Positions 13,453 to 23,615 of a stretch of DNA of 64,000 bases are shown here, piece by piece (positions within the stretch are counted from its first letter, which is position 1; each line of letters begins with the position of its first letter). Location of the stretch: the NCBI GenBank assembly GCA_031263865.1, contig JAISEY010000003.1:61345-125344 (forward strand), read 5' to 3'. The stretch is from Endomicrobium sp. GTDB taxonomy: Bacteria; Elusimicrobiota; Endomicrobiia; Endomicrobiales; Endomicrobiaceae. A program made the translations under genes and the position numbers. Below the pieces are notes generated by a model that saw only the letters and a program-made list of their open reading frames with translations, made no database searches and was not told the origin of the DNA.

Positions 13453-13651
13453 ATATATATAACATAAAAACTAATATTAACAACTATAGTTATATTGATA
13501 TTGTTAATAAGTTTTATTTTTTGTTGATTTTTCTCTGTTAAAACTAATATTTCTTATTAATAAATATGTTAATAAAAAACAAAACTTATAAATAATATCA
13601 ACATATTTTTTTTTTTTTTTTATTATTAACATTTTCTTAGTATATTATAAT
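13453..13651. other. Candidate replication origin (oriC) with degenerate DnaA boxes
   Basis: TTATTAACA at 13502-13510(rc), 13567-13575(rc), 13623-13631 plus several variants; directly upstream of dnaN; compositional asymmetry appears to change here. Confidence 0.65.
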
Positions 13652-14512
13652 TTATTTTAAACTATTTTCCACTATTTGCTTGATATATTTTTCCATACCT
13701 ATTGTCATTATATGAACTCCATCAGCAAATAATCTAAGTTCACTAATTATTTCTGAGCAAATTTTGATACTTTCTTCTAAAACATTTTTTGATTTTTTTA
13801 TTCTATCTTGTATTTTATTTGGTATATTAATACCTGGGAATGTTTTTATGCGATTCATAAATTCTATAGATTTTATTAATATAACTCCTGGTAAAATTTT
13901 TGTTTTTATATGTTTTATTTTTTTTAGAAATTTTTTATAATCTTCTACATTAAAAATTGCTTGTGTTTGGAAAAAATTTATTCCAGAATTTATTTTTTTT
14001 TCAATCATTAAATATTGCAAGTTTTTTGTTTTTAGTGTTGGATTTATTGCAGCACCAAGACAAAAACTTGGTATTCCGTATAATTTTTTCCCTGATAAAT
14101 CAAATCCATTTTCCAAAATTTTTGCTGTTCTTATTAATTGTATTGTATCTAAATCATAAACTGGTTTTGCTGTTGGATTTTCACCTACACTTGGATGATC
14201 TCCACTTAAAAGAAGAATGTTTTCTATTCCAAAAATATTTGCGCTTAACATTTCAGATTGTATTGCTAATCTATTTTTATCTCTTGATGTTATTTGTAAT
14301 ATCGGTTCTATACCATTATCAATTAAAATTTTACTCATAGTTAATGATCCAGCTCTCACTGAAGCTTTTTGGTTATCAGTTACATTTACTGCATCAACAC
14401 ATGATAAATATTTTGCTCTTTGTAAGAATAATGAAATATTTGTTCCCTTTGGTGGGAATAATTCAGATGTTATTAAAAAATTATTTGTTTTTAATTTTTC
14501 TTTAAATTTCAT
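13652..14512 (-). CDS. metF: Methylenetetrahydrofolate reductase
   Basis: ELFPPKG, DAVNVTDN, RDKNR.AIQS, GDHP, FFQTQ. Confidence 0.92.
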   Translation of the reverse strand: MKFKEKLKTNNFLITSELFPPKGTNISLFLQRAKYLSCVDAVNVTDNQKASVRAGSLTMSKILIDNGIEPILQITSRDKNRLAIQSEMLSANIFGIENILLLSGDHPSVGENPTAKPVYDLDTIQLIRTAKILENGFDLSGKKLYGIPSFCLGAAINPTLKTKNLQYLMIEKKINSGINFFQTQAIFNVEDYKKFLKKIKHIKTKILPGVILIKSIEFMNRIKTFPGINIPNKIQDRIKKSKNVLEESIKICSEIISELRLFADGVHIMTIGMEKYIKQIVENSLK

Positions 14513-14526
14513 TTTTATTGTAAAAT

Positions 14527-14715
14527 CTATTTTGGTGGTATATATTTTTTTATAAATTCATTTATTTTTTTTGATTTTTTCATTTTTTTGTAAATTAAAA
14601 CCCATATACATTTTTTTTTGCTTACTTCGCAATTATCATTTGAAACTCCACCACATGGGCCATTAACAAATCCCTTACTACATATTAAATTTATATTATT
14701 ATTGTTTTTTTTCAT
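14527..14715 (-). CDS. metV: Minimal MetV (MTHFR C-terminal Cys-domain) protein
   Basis: C.KG..NGPCGG....CEV....C.W..IY motif immediately upstream of metF. Confidence 0.8.
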   Translation of the reverse strand: MKKNNNNINLICSKGFVNGPCGGVSNDNCEVSKKKCIWVLIYKKMKKSKKINEFIKKYIPPK

Positions 14716-15307
14716 TTTTAGAAATAGCTTTTTCAATTCCAACTATATTGATTTTATTAAAAAGAATAATTGCTATTTTTTTTACAGTTTGTATTTTTTT
14801 TATTTCAATATTATTAAATTTTTTTAAAACAAAATCAGCTTTATTTGTTTTTTCATTTTTTTCAAAATTTCCTACTCCAATTTTCATTCTAGGAAAATTA
14901 ATAGAATTTATTTTTTTTATTATTGATTTTACACCATTATGTCCACCATCAGTACCTGTCATTTTAATTTTATATTTGCCTATTGGTATTGATATGTCGT
15001 CATAAAATAAAAAAAATTCATCTGTTTTTATTTGATAATATCTTAAAAAAAACATAAGAGGTATGCCAGAAAGATTCATTGATAATATTGGTTTTAAAAC
15101 CCAAACTATGTCGTTATTTTCTTTTTTATAATATGAAACATAAGCAATATTTTTCCATTTTTTAAATGTTATTTTTTTTTCTAATGCTATTTCATCTAAA
15201 ATATCAAATCCTAAATTATGTCTTGTATTTTTATATTTTTCACCAGGATTACCTATCCCAACAAAAAGTTTTATTTTTTTATGTTTTTTTATTAGTGTTA
15301 AAGTCAA
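14699..15307 (-). CDS. pth: Peptidyl-tRNA hydrolase (start uncertain, possibly ATA at 15274)
   Basis: VGIGNPG..Y.NTRHNLG, MNLSG, GGHNG. Confidence 0.95.
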   Translation of the reverse strand: MTLTLIKKHKKIKLFVGIGNPGEKYKNTRHNLGFDILDEIALEKKITFKKWKNIAYVSYYKKENNDIVWVLKPILSMNLSGIPLMFFLRYYQIKTDEFFLFYDDISIPIGKYKIKMTGTDGGHNGVKSIIKKINSINFPRMKIGVGNFEKNEKTNKADFVLKKFNNIEIKKIQTVKKIAIILFNKINIVGIEKAISKNEKKQ

Positions 15308-15986
15308 TTTTTTGCTTATCCTGTGTGGTATCTATTTTATTTTCTATTTCTTTTTTATTTTTTGTTATAAGTTCTGGTTGCTCCATTTTTTCTTCTTCAT
15401 GTAAACTTGTTTTTTCTTCTTCAATTGATACAACTGTAATTATAAGAGTCGATGGATCTTGTAAATATTCTAAATCATTATTTTTTGGAAGATCTGAAAC
15501 TGTTATTCTATCTCCTATATTTAATGTTTCTACATTTACATTAATTTTTTGTGGAATGTTTTGAGGATATGATTTTACTTTTATTTCTCTTGTTACAAAT
15601 TCCATAACTCCATTAAAATTTTTTACACCTATTGGTATTCCATCTATATGTATTGGGACTAAAACATCAATTTTATTTGAAAATGTAACTATTTGGAAAT
15701 CTACATGTATTATTTTTTGTGTTATTACATCTTTTTGCAATGATTTAATTATTGCAAGTTTTTTATTGTTACCTGTTTTTAAGTGAAAAACAACATTCAT
15801 TCCATTTTTTTTTATTAATAAATTAAATATTTTTGAATCAATTGATATTGCTTCAGATTTTAATTTTTCCCCATATAATATACACGGTATAAAACCATCA
15901 TTTCTTAATTTTTTTAAATGTTTTTTAGAATCAAGAATTCTTTTTTCAATATCTATAATTATTTCTTCCAATTGTTTTTCCTCCAT
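15279..15986 (-). CDS. rplY: 50S ribosomal protein L25/Ctc
   Basis: LR..G.IPCILYG, HVDF; prs-rplY-pth synteny. Confidence 0.93.
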   Translation of the reverse strand: MEEKQLEEIIIDIEKRILDSKKHLKKLRNDGFIPCILYGEKLKSEAISIDSKIFNLLIKKNGMNVVFHLKTGNNKKLAIIKSLQKDVITQKIIHVDFQIVTFSNKIDVLVPIHIDGIPIGVKNFNGVMEFVTREIKVKSYPQNIPQKINVNVETLNIGDRITVSDLPKNNDLEYLQDPSTLIITVVSIEEEKTSLHEEEKMEQPELITKNKKEIENKIDTTQDKQKIDFNTNKKT

Positions 15987-16013
15987 AACACATAAAGCAT
16001 TATAACATAATTT

Positions 16014-16931
16014 TTATACATTATTTGTTTTTTTGTTAATATTTTTTATTGTTTCTGCTAAGATTTCTGCAACGCTTAAAATGGTTATTTTTTCTGTTGG
16101 ATAATTATTTATAAAATTAATAGAATTTGTTATTATTAATTCTTCTATACATGAATTGTGTATTATTTTTTTTGAATCATTAGAAAAAACTCCATGAGAT
16201 GCTGCAACAAAAATTTTTAAAGCACCATTTTTTTTTATAAAATCAACAACTTTTACTATTGTTTTTCCTGTATCTATAATATCATCAAAAATTATGCAAT
16301 TTTTGTTTTTTACATTACCTATTAATGTTGTAATATAAAGTTCATTTTGATTTATTCTTTGTTTATTTATTACTGCTAAATCAACATTTAAAAGTTTTGC
16401 AAAAAATCTTGCTCTACTAACACCTCCAATATCTGGTGATACTACTATAAAATTGTCATGTTTGTTTTTAAAATAATTTGAAAATATTTTTGCTGAACAA
16501 ATATGTTCAACAGGGATATCAAAGAATCCTTGTATTTGTGTTGAATGTAAATCAATTGTTATTAATTTTGTAATTCCTGATGAAACAATTAAATTTGCAA
16601 TAAGTTTTGCTGTAATTGGAGTTCCATTTCCAACTTTCCTATCTTGTCTTGCATATCCATAATATGGGACAACTGCAGTTATACTTTTTGCAGATGACCT
16701 TTTTAATGCATCAGCAATAATTAAAAGTTCCATCAAATTTTCATTTACAGGAGTATTTGTTGGTTGTATAATATAACAATCATTATTACTTATATTATCA
16801 AAAATTTTTACTTGTATTTCTCCATCGTTGAAATGACATATTTCTGTATTGCTTATATTAACACCAATTATTGATGAAATTTGTTTTGCAAGATTAATAT
16901 TTGCATTACCAGATATCAATTTAATTTTCAT
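16014..16931 (-). CDS. prs: Ribose-phosphate pyrophosphokinase
   Basis: F.DGE, PYYGYARQDR, VSPD.GG, DDIIDTG. Confidence 0.96.
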   Translation of the reverse strand: MKIKLISGNANINLAKQISSIIGVNISNTEICHFNDGEIQVKIFDNISNNDCYIIQPTNTPVNENLMELLIIADALKRSSAKSITAVVPYYGYARQDRKVGNGTPITAKLIANLIVSSGITKLITIDLHSTQIQGFFDIPVEHICSAKIFSNYFKNKHDNFIVVSPDIGGVSRARFFAKLLNVDLAVINKQRINQNELYITTLIGNVKNKNCIIFDDIIDTGKTIVKVVDFIKKNGALKIFVAASHGVFSNDSKKIIHNSCIEELIITNSINFINNYPTEKITILSVAEILAETIKNINKKTNNV

Positions 16932-16983
16932 GTTCCCTCATAAATATATATTACATCAATATAAAAATAAATTTAAGGTAAAA

Positions 16984-18330
16984 CTATTTTTTTTGTTTTA
17001 TCTTTTGTTTTGGTCTTGATATTGTAAATTTGTTTGATGGAACATTTTTTGTTACAGTTGATCCTGCAGCAATAAAAACATTTTCCCCGATTTTAATTGG
17101 AGCAACTAAGTTTACATTTGACCCTATAAATGATTTTTGACCTATTATTGTTTTATTTTTTTTTTTACCATCATAATTGCAAGTTATTGTACCAGCTCCT
17201 ATATTTACATTTTTCCCAATTTTTGAATCTCCAATATATGATAAATGATTTATCTTAGATTTTTCTTTAACTTTTGAATTTTTTATTTCTGAAAAATTTC
17301 CTATTTTTACATTTTCACTTAAAACTGTTCCATGCCTTATATGAGCAAATGGTCCAACAGTAACTTTGTTTTTAATTATTGATCCTTCTATATATGAATA
17401 AATAATTGTATTGTTATAACCAATTTTTGAATTTATTAAATAGCTATATCCTTTTATAACACATTTTTCTCCTATTGATACTCCAATATCTATAAATACA
17501 CCAGGATAAATAATTGTATCTTTCCCAATTTTTGCATCATTTGAAATATATACATTATTTATATCAATTATATTTACACCAGAATTGATAAGATTGTATA
17601 TTTTTTTTATTTTTAATTCTCTCTCTGCATTTAACAAATCAATCCTAGTATTTATGCCAATGGTTTCATATTTATTATAAACAAATAAAGAAATTTTTTT
17701 TTTTTTTTTTTTAAGTATAGGTATAACATCTGTTAAATAATATTCTTTTTTAATATTATTTTGTTTTACATTTTTTAAATAGTTCCATACATTTTTGTCA
17801 AAACAATAAATTCCTGAATTTATTTCATTTATTTCTTTTTCTTTTTCAGTAGCATTAACTTCTTCTACTATATTTTTTAAAATTCCATTTTTTTTTATAA
17901 TTCTTCCATAACCATATGGATTTCTTAAAATTGAAGATAATAATGTTAACGATGAATTTGTTTTTATAGTTTTATTTATCAATGAATTTAAGATTATTTT
18001 ATCAATTAAAGGAGTGTCTCCATTTACAATTAAAATATAATCGCTTTTGTTTTTTAATATTTTTTCTGCTTTCATAGCTGCATCAGCAGAACCAAGTTGT
18101 TCTTTCTGATATACAAATTTCACATTGGTGTCTGATAACAGTTTTTTTATTATATTAGAATTTGCACGATTAACAACGACAACAACAATGTTTGGGTTTA
18201 TTGATAAAACAGAATCTATAACCCATCTTATTATAGGTTTCCCAGAAAGATTATGCATAACTTTTGATATAGAAGATATCATTCTTGTCCCTATACCAGC
18301 TGCTAGTACAACCACTGAAACGTTTTTCAT
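16984..18330 (-). CDS. glmU: Bifunctional GlmU
   Basis: LAAG.GTRM.S, EYYLTD, hexapeptide repeats, HLSYIGD, GAGTITCNYDG. Confidence 0.97.
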   Translation of the reverse strand: MKNVSVVVLAAGIGTRMISSISKVMHNLSGKPIIRWVIDSVLSINPNIVVVVVNRANSNIIKKLLSDTNVKFVYQKEQLGSADAAMKAEKILKNKSDYILIVNGDTPLIDKIILNSLINKTIKTNSSLTLLSSILRNPYGYGRIIKKNGILKNIVEEVNATEKEKEINEINSGIYCFDKNVWNYLKNVKQNNIKKEYYLTDVIPILKKKKKKISLFVYNKYETIGINTRIDLLNAERELKIKKIYNLINSGVNIIDINNVYISNDAKIGKDTIIYPGVFIDIGVSIGEKCVIKGYSYLINSKIGYNNTIIYSYIEGSIIKNKVTVGPFAHIRHGTVLSENVKIGNFSEIKNSKVKEKSKINHLSYIGDSKIGKNVNIGAGTITCNYDGKKKNKTIIGQKSFIGSNVNLVAPIKIGENVFIAAGSTVTKNVPSNKFTISRPKQKIKQKK

Positions 18331-18435
18331 GATTTAAATAAACCTTTCAAAATATACTTATTAATGCTTATTGTATAAACAATAACATTAATTTATCTAT
18401 AAAAGATAAACTATAAAATTAAATATTTTTTAAAA

Positions 18436-18690
18436 TTATTTTTTTTGTTTATTTTTTGCAGTTTTTCCTCCTCCTCTGCTCATCATTGCTCTTGAAACGT
18501 CTCCTTGTTTATCTACAAAATATAAATATCCTGATTCTTTTTCTATACCAGCTTTTACTACTTTAGATGCTTTCCCACCTTTTTTCCCACCTCTACTCAT
18601 AGCTGCTCTTGAAACGTCTCCTTGTTTATCTACAAAATATAAATATCCTGATTCTCTCTTAATACCAAGTTTTTGTATCTTTTCTGACAT
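18436..18690 (-). CDS. Small basic hypothetical protein with two tandem 39-aa repeats
   Basis: ESGYLYFVDKQGDVSRA.MSRGG twice; GGGGGA RBS; GC higher than neighbours. Confidence 0.88.
   Translation of the reverse strand: MSEKIQKLGIKRESGYLYFVDKQGDVSRAAMSRGGKKGGKASKVVKAGIEKESGYLYFVDKQGDVSRAMMSRGGGKTAKNKQKK
18487..18655. repeat. Perfect 52-nt direct repeat (18487-18538, 18604-18655)
   Basis: TGCTCTTGAAACGTCTCCTTGTTTATCTACAAAATATAAATATCCTGATTCT is identical in both copies, offset 117 nt. Confidence 0.97.
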
Positions 18691-18782
18691 ATTGATTCCC
18701 CCAATTTATAAATTTAAAACTACAAAATAATTTTAATATTTTTGTATCAGCAATAAAAACAAAATGACCCTTTTTACGGAAG

Positions 18783-18811
18783 AGAATATTAATTTTGTTA
18801 AATTTTGTCAA
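18783..18811 (-). promoter_or_regulatory. Sigma70-type promoter of the 84-aa repeat gene
   Basis: TTGACA-17 nt-TATTCT. Confidence 0.65.
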
Positions 18812-18814
18812 ATT

Positions 18815-19393
18815 TTATATTACTGTTTTATTATATATTGATGGCTTTAATGAATATATTCCAGTATTATATAAATTTGCAAACATGTATTTTGCAATTG
18901 ATATTGTTGTCAATACATCTTGCATTGCTCTATGAGTTTGTTTTGTTTCTATATTCAAAAATTGTGCTATATCTATTAATTTGTTAGATTCAAAATTAAA
19001 ATATTTTCTAGCAATTGCTAATGTATCTATATAATAGATTTGTTTTAATAATATACCTGATTGGTATAATTCTTTTTTTATAAAAAATAAATCAAATAAT
19101 GCATTGTGACATATTATAACATTATGTCTTATAAGCATAAAAATATGTTTAGATATATCATTAAAATAAGGAGAATTTTCTACCATTTTATTAGTAATAT
19201 TATTAATTTTTGAAATTTTATTTGGTATTTTACATCCAGGATTTATTAATGATTCATATTTAATTTTTGTATTTTTAATAAATTTTAATATTGCAATTTC
19301 TATAATTTTAGATTTTTTATCAATTCCTGTTGTTTCTGTATCTAAAAAGACAAAATTATTAAAATTTTTTGTTGATATATTTATTTTGGACAT
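18815..19393 (-). CDS. DEDDh 3'-5' exonuclease (DnaQ-like)
   Basis: DTETTG, HNALFD, HRAMQD. Confidence 0.9.
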   Translation of the reverse strand: MSKINISTKNFNNFVFLDTETTGIDKKSKIIEIAILKFIKNTKIKYESLINPGCKIPNKISKINNITNKMVENSPYFNDISKHIFMLIRHNVIICHNALFDLFFIKKELYQSGILLKQIYYIDTLAIARKYFNFESNKLIDIAQFLNIETKQTHRAMQDVLTTISIAKYMFANLYNTGIYSLKPSIYNKTVI

Positions 19394-19432
19394 TTTTAAA
19401 ATTATTTATATTTTTATGTTAAAAATTTATTT

Positions 19433-21064
19433 TTACATTTTATTTGGGGATGATATCCCTAATAAATTTAATCCATTTTTTATTATTATTTGTGTTCCTT
19501 TTATAAGTTCAAGTCTTGCAACAGAAATATTTATGTTTTTTGTTAAAACACGATGTTTTTCATAAAATTTATGATATACATCAGCAAGATTAATTAAATA
19601 TTCAACTAGATGATGAGGACTCATTGTTTTTGCACATAATATCACAACGTTATCAAATTCTGCTAAATTCTTTAACAATATCATTTCTTCTTCTGTATTT
19701 AACAAAGAAAAATTTATTTTTTTATTTTTTTTAAAAATAAAATTTTTACTTTTTTTTATTATAGAATAACATCTAGCGTTTACATATTGTATATAAAATA
19801 CATGATTTTTTTTTGATTTTGTTTTTGTAAGAGTTAAATCAAAATTTATTTGTGAATTTGGAGAATTAATTAAAAAGAAAAATCTACATGCATCTTTGCC
19901 AACTTCATTAATTATTGTTTTTAATTTTATAAATTCACCAGATCTAGTTGACATTTGTACAGATTGTTTATTTTTTTTAATAAATACTAATTGATAAAGT
20001 ATTATATCTATTTTTTTTTTGTTGTATCCTAACATATTTATACAAGCTTTTATTCTTTTAACATAACCATGATGATCAACACCCCAAATATTTATAAGTT
20101 TTGCAAAATTTCTTCTTATTTTGTTTTTATGATATGCTATATCAGATGCAATATATGTGTATCTACCATCACTTCTTTTTAATACCCTATCTTTATCATC
20201 TCCAAATTTTGTTGAAGCAAGCCATAGAGCTCCTTTGTTTATATATGCATATTTTTTATTTTGTAAATAATTACATATTTTATCAACTTCTGTTTTTTCA
20301 TTTTTATCTTTTTTTTCAGAAATTTTTGATTCATAAAACCAATTATCAAATTTTACATTAAATTCTTTTAAATCTTTTTTTATAGATTTTGTTATATTTT
20401 CTATTGCTTCTTGTCTAAAATTAATTTTATCTATATTTATGTTGTTTTTAACTATTTTTTTTGCAATATCAATTATATAATCCCCATTGTAATAATCTTT
20501 TGGAAAATCTATTTTATGTCCATTTAGTTGTTTATAACGTAATTTTACAGATTTTTCTAAAATATTAATTTGATTTCCTGTGTCATTTAAATAATATTCT
20601 TTAATAACATTATATCCAAGATACTTTAGTATCCTTGATAATGAATCTCCTATTGCTGCACCACGTCCATGCCCTATATGTAAAGGACCTGTTGGATTTG
20701 CTGATACAAATTCAATTAATATTTTTTTTTTGTTGTTTTTTTTAGTTTTTTTTTTTATATTATTGATAATTTTATGTAATTTTTTGTAAAACATTTCATT
20801 TTTTATTTTAAAATTTATAAAACCAGGTTTAGTTATTTCAATTTTTTCTATTATTTTATTTTCTTTTTTTAGTATTATATTTTTTATTTCATTAGCTATA
20901 ATAATAGGATTTTTCTTTATTTCATCAGAAATAAGCATTGCAATGTTTGTTGAAAAGTCAAAATTAATACATTTTGGAGGTATGTTTACAATAAATTTAA
21001 TTTTTTTATTTGTATATTTGTTGGTTATACGATTTAATATTTTTATTAATTTATTTTTTATCAT
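19433..21064 (-). CDS. argS: Arginyl-tRNA synthetase
   Basis: EFVSANPTGPLHIGHGR, DHHGY, MSTRSG. Confidence 0.97.
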   Translation of the reverse strand: MIKNKLIKILNRITNKYTNKKIKFIVNIPPKCINFDFSTNIAMLISDEIKKNPIIIANEIKNIILKKENKIIEKIEITKPGFINFKIKNEMFYKKLHKIINNIKKKTKKNNKKKILIEFVSANPTGPLHIGHGRGAAIGDSLSRILKYLGYNVIKEYYLNDTGNQINILEKSVKLRYKQLNGHKIDFPKDYYNGDYIIDIAKKIVKNNINIDKINFRQEAIENITKSIKKDLKEFNVKFDNWFYESKISEKKDKNEKTEVDKICNYLQNKKYAYINKGALWLASTKFGDDKDRVLKRSDGRYTYIASDIAYHKNKIRRNFAKLINIWGVDHHGYVKRIKACINMLGYNKKKIDIILYQLVFIKKNKQSVQMSTRSGEFIKLKTIINEVGKDACRFFFLINSPNSQINFDLTLTKTKSKKNHVFYIQYVNARCYSIIKKSKNFIFKKNKKINFSLLNTEEEMILLKNLAEFDNVVILCAKTMSPHHLVEYLINLADVYHKFYEKHRVLTKNINISVARLELIKGTQIIIKNGLNLLGISSPNKM

Positions 21065-21561
21065 TCCCATAACTCATAATAAATTTTTTTAGTGTCCCAA
21101 TTGTTTTTATTTTGTGGTTTATTTGCATTCTTTCCTATTACAACGATAGAAAATGGTTTTATATTGTTTGGTAATTTAAAAAGCTTTTGTATTTTTTCTT
21201 CTCTATCTTTGTTTGAATATATTCCACACCATACCGAACCATATTTTTTTGCTGTTGCTGCCAATAATATATTTTGTGTTGCTGCTGAACAATCTTGTTG
21301 AAAATATTGTTCATATGATTTATTTTCATCACCAACAATTAAAATTGCAAGAGGTGCTTTTAGAATCATTTGTGCACCTTTAAGTATATTTGCTATTTTT
21401 TTATGTGTTTCTTTGTTTTTAATTACTATAAAAGAATAGCATTTTGTATTTTTTGCACTTGGAGCTGACATACCTGCATGAAGAATGTATTGTATATCTT
21501 TGTTTTTTACATGTTTTTTTGTATAATCTCTTACACTTCTTCTTTCTAATAAAATGTCCAC
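21061..21561 (-). CDS. Nitroreductase family protein
   Basis: RRSVR.Y, APSA.N, QDCSAATQNILLAA...GSVWCG. Confidence 0.92.
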   Translation of the reverse strand: MDILLERRSVRDYTKKHVKNKDIQYILHAGMSAPSAKNTKCYSFIVIKNKETHKKIANILKGAQMILKAPLAILIVGDENKSYEQYFQQDCSAATQNILLAATAKKYGSVWCGIYSNKDREEKIQKLFKLPNNIKPFSIVVIGKNANKPQNKNNWDTKKIYYELWE

Positions 21562-21659
21562 TTATCCTCGTTGTTTAATGTAGTATAAATTATTTGTTAA
21601 AATTTTATACTTATTATAACAAAATTTTATTAAAAATTAATATATTGTATAATAAAAAA

Positions 21660-23615
21660 ATGAAAAATTCTTTTTATGAAAACTTAAATTATTATCAAAA
21701 GAAAGCTGTTTTACACATTGATGGCCCTTTAATAATTTTTGCAGGTGCTGGGACTGGGAAAACAAGAGTTATAACTAATAGAATTGCTAATTTGATTTTT
21801 TCAGGTGTTTCTTCAGATTCAATTATTGCAGTTACATTTACGAATAAAGCTGCATATGAAATGAAACAAAGAGTTAATTATTTACTTCGTGATGTGAAAT
21901 TAAAAAATGATATATGTATATCAACATTTCATTCATTTTGTGCTAATTTTTTGCGAACTGAATCATTAAACATTGATATAAATCAAAATTTTTTAATATA
22001 TGATTTTATAGATCAAAAAAATGTTGTTACTGATTGTTTAAAAGAAATTGATTTTGATAAAAAAAATGTAAAAATTTCAAATATTATTGATCAAATAAAT
22101 TATTCAAAAGATAATTTAAAATTACCATTAGATGTGTTAAATTTTTGTAATAAAAATGCAAATTATAATAATTTTATTGTAAATTTTTTTGATATATATG
22201 ATATATATCAAAAAAAACTAAATCGTTTTGGAGCATTAGATTTTGGTGATTTAATATTGAAGACAGTTTTTGAATTAAAAAAAAATTATTCATTATTGAA
22301 TTTTTATCAAAACAAATATAAATATATAATGGTAGATGAATATCAAGATGTAAATTTTGCTCAATATACATTTATAAATTTGCTAGCAAAAAAATATAGA
22401 AACATATGTGTTGTTGGTGATGATGACCAATCAATTTACTCTTGGAGAGGTGCTGATATAAATAATATATTAAATTTTAAAAAAGATTATTTTGACACTA
22501 AATCAATCAAACTTGAACAAAATTATAGATCAACACCTAAAATATTATATTTTGCTCAAAATGTTATAAAAAACAATATCAATAGAGTATCAAAAAAAAT
22601 ATGGACAAATAATTTAGATAATGGAATTGTATCAGTTATAGAAGCATTAGATGAAAATGATGAAGCTGAAAAAATATCTAATATAATATCTTTTGGTGTT
22701 CTTAATAACAAATGCAAATTTTCTGATTTTTCTATTTTCTATAGAACAAATATACAGGCGCGTGTTTTTGAAGATATATTTAGAAAAAAAAGGATTCCAT
22801 ACAGCATAATAGGTAGTATAGGATTTTATGATCGAAGTGAAATAAAAGATATAATATCATATTTAAAGTTTATTTATAATACAAATGATAATATTAGTTT
22901 TAAGAGAATTATAAACAACCCTAAGCGTGGGTTTGGAAAAATTTCTTTTAATATTATTGAAAGTTTTGCTGAATCAAAAAATATTTCTATTTGGGAAAGT
23001 ATTAAATTTTTGAAAGAAACTAAATTAAAAAAAAAAGCAATTAATATTTTGATTGTTTTTTCGCAATTTATTAAAAAACTTATGGAATTGAAAAATAAAC
23101 TTTCTGTTAAAGAAATTGTTATAAAAATTATTTCTCATTCTGAATATTTAAAAAAATTGGAATTTGAAGATAGTATTATTTCTAGATCAAAAATTGAAAA
23201 CATTAAAGAATTGATTGAATCTATAAACAATTTTGAAAATTCTTCTTTTTCTGATAAATCATTAGCAGGATATTTAACTAGTTTAGCGTTAATTGATGAT
23301 TTTGATTTTCTTAATAAAAATGTATTATCTAAAGTAACTTTTATGACTATGCATTTAGCAAAAGGGTTAGAATTTAAAACAGTTTTTTTATGTGGTCTTG
23401 AAGATGGTCTTTTCCCAAATGAATCTAATTTAAATTTTATAAATTTAGAAGAAGAAAGAAGATTAATGTACGTTGGAATGACAAGAGCTATGGAAAATTT
23501 ATATTTATGTTGGGCAAAAAAAAGAACAATTTATGGTAAAACTAAATTCAATTTCCCATCTAGATTTATTTTAGAAACTGATTTTTATGATTACGATAAA
23601 AATCATGTAATATAA
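21660..23615 (+). CDS. uvrD: UvrD/PcrA helicase
   Basis: [50 protein letters not shown]. Confidence 0.95.
   Translation: MKNSFYENLNYYQKKAVLHIDGPLIIFAGAGTGKTRVITNRIANLIFSGVSSDSIIAVTFTNKAAYEMKQRVNYLLRDVKLKNDICISTFHSFCANFLRTESLNIDINQNFLIYDFIDQKNVVTDCLKEIDFDKKNVKISNIIDQINYSKDNLKLPLDVLNFCNKNANYNNFIVNFFDIYDIYQKKLNRFGALDFGDLILKTVFELKKNYSLLNFYQNKYKYIMVDEYQDVNFAQYTFINLLAKKYRNICVVGDDDQSIYSWRGADINNILNFKKDYFDTKSIKLEQNYRSTPKILYFAQNVIKNNINRVSKKIWTNNLDNGIVSVIEALDENDEAEKISNIISFGVLNNKCKFSDFSIFYRTNIQARVFEDIFRKKRIPYSIIGSIGFYDRSEIKDIISYLKFIYNTNDNISFKRIINNPKRGFGKISFNIIESFAESKNISIWESIKFLKETKLKKKAINILIVFSQFIKKLMELKNKLSVKEIVIKIISHSEYLKKLEFEDSIISRSKIENIKELIESINNFENSSFSDKSLAGYLTSLALIDDFDFLNKNVLSKVTFMTMHLAKGLEFKTVFLCGLEDGLFPNESNLNFINLEEERRLMYVGMTRAMENLYLCWAKKRTIYGKTKFNFPSRFILETDFYDYDKNHVI

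Noticed and set aside
18487-18655. 52-nt repeat as a CRISPR array or IS end
   Set aside because: Only two copies, in frame inside a protein repeat; no cas or transposase genes.
18691-18782. GC patch CTTCCGTAAAAAGGGTC in the leader of the repeat gene as an ncRNA
   Set aside because: Too short, with no convincing structure by eye.
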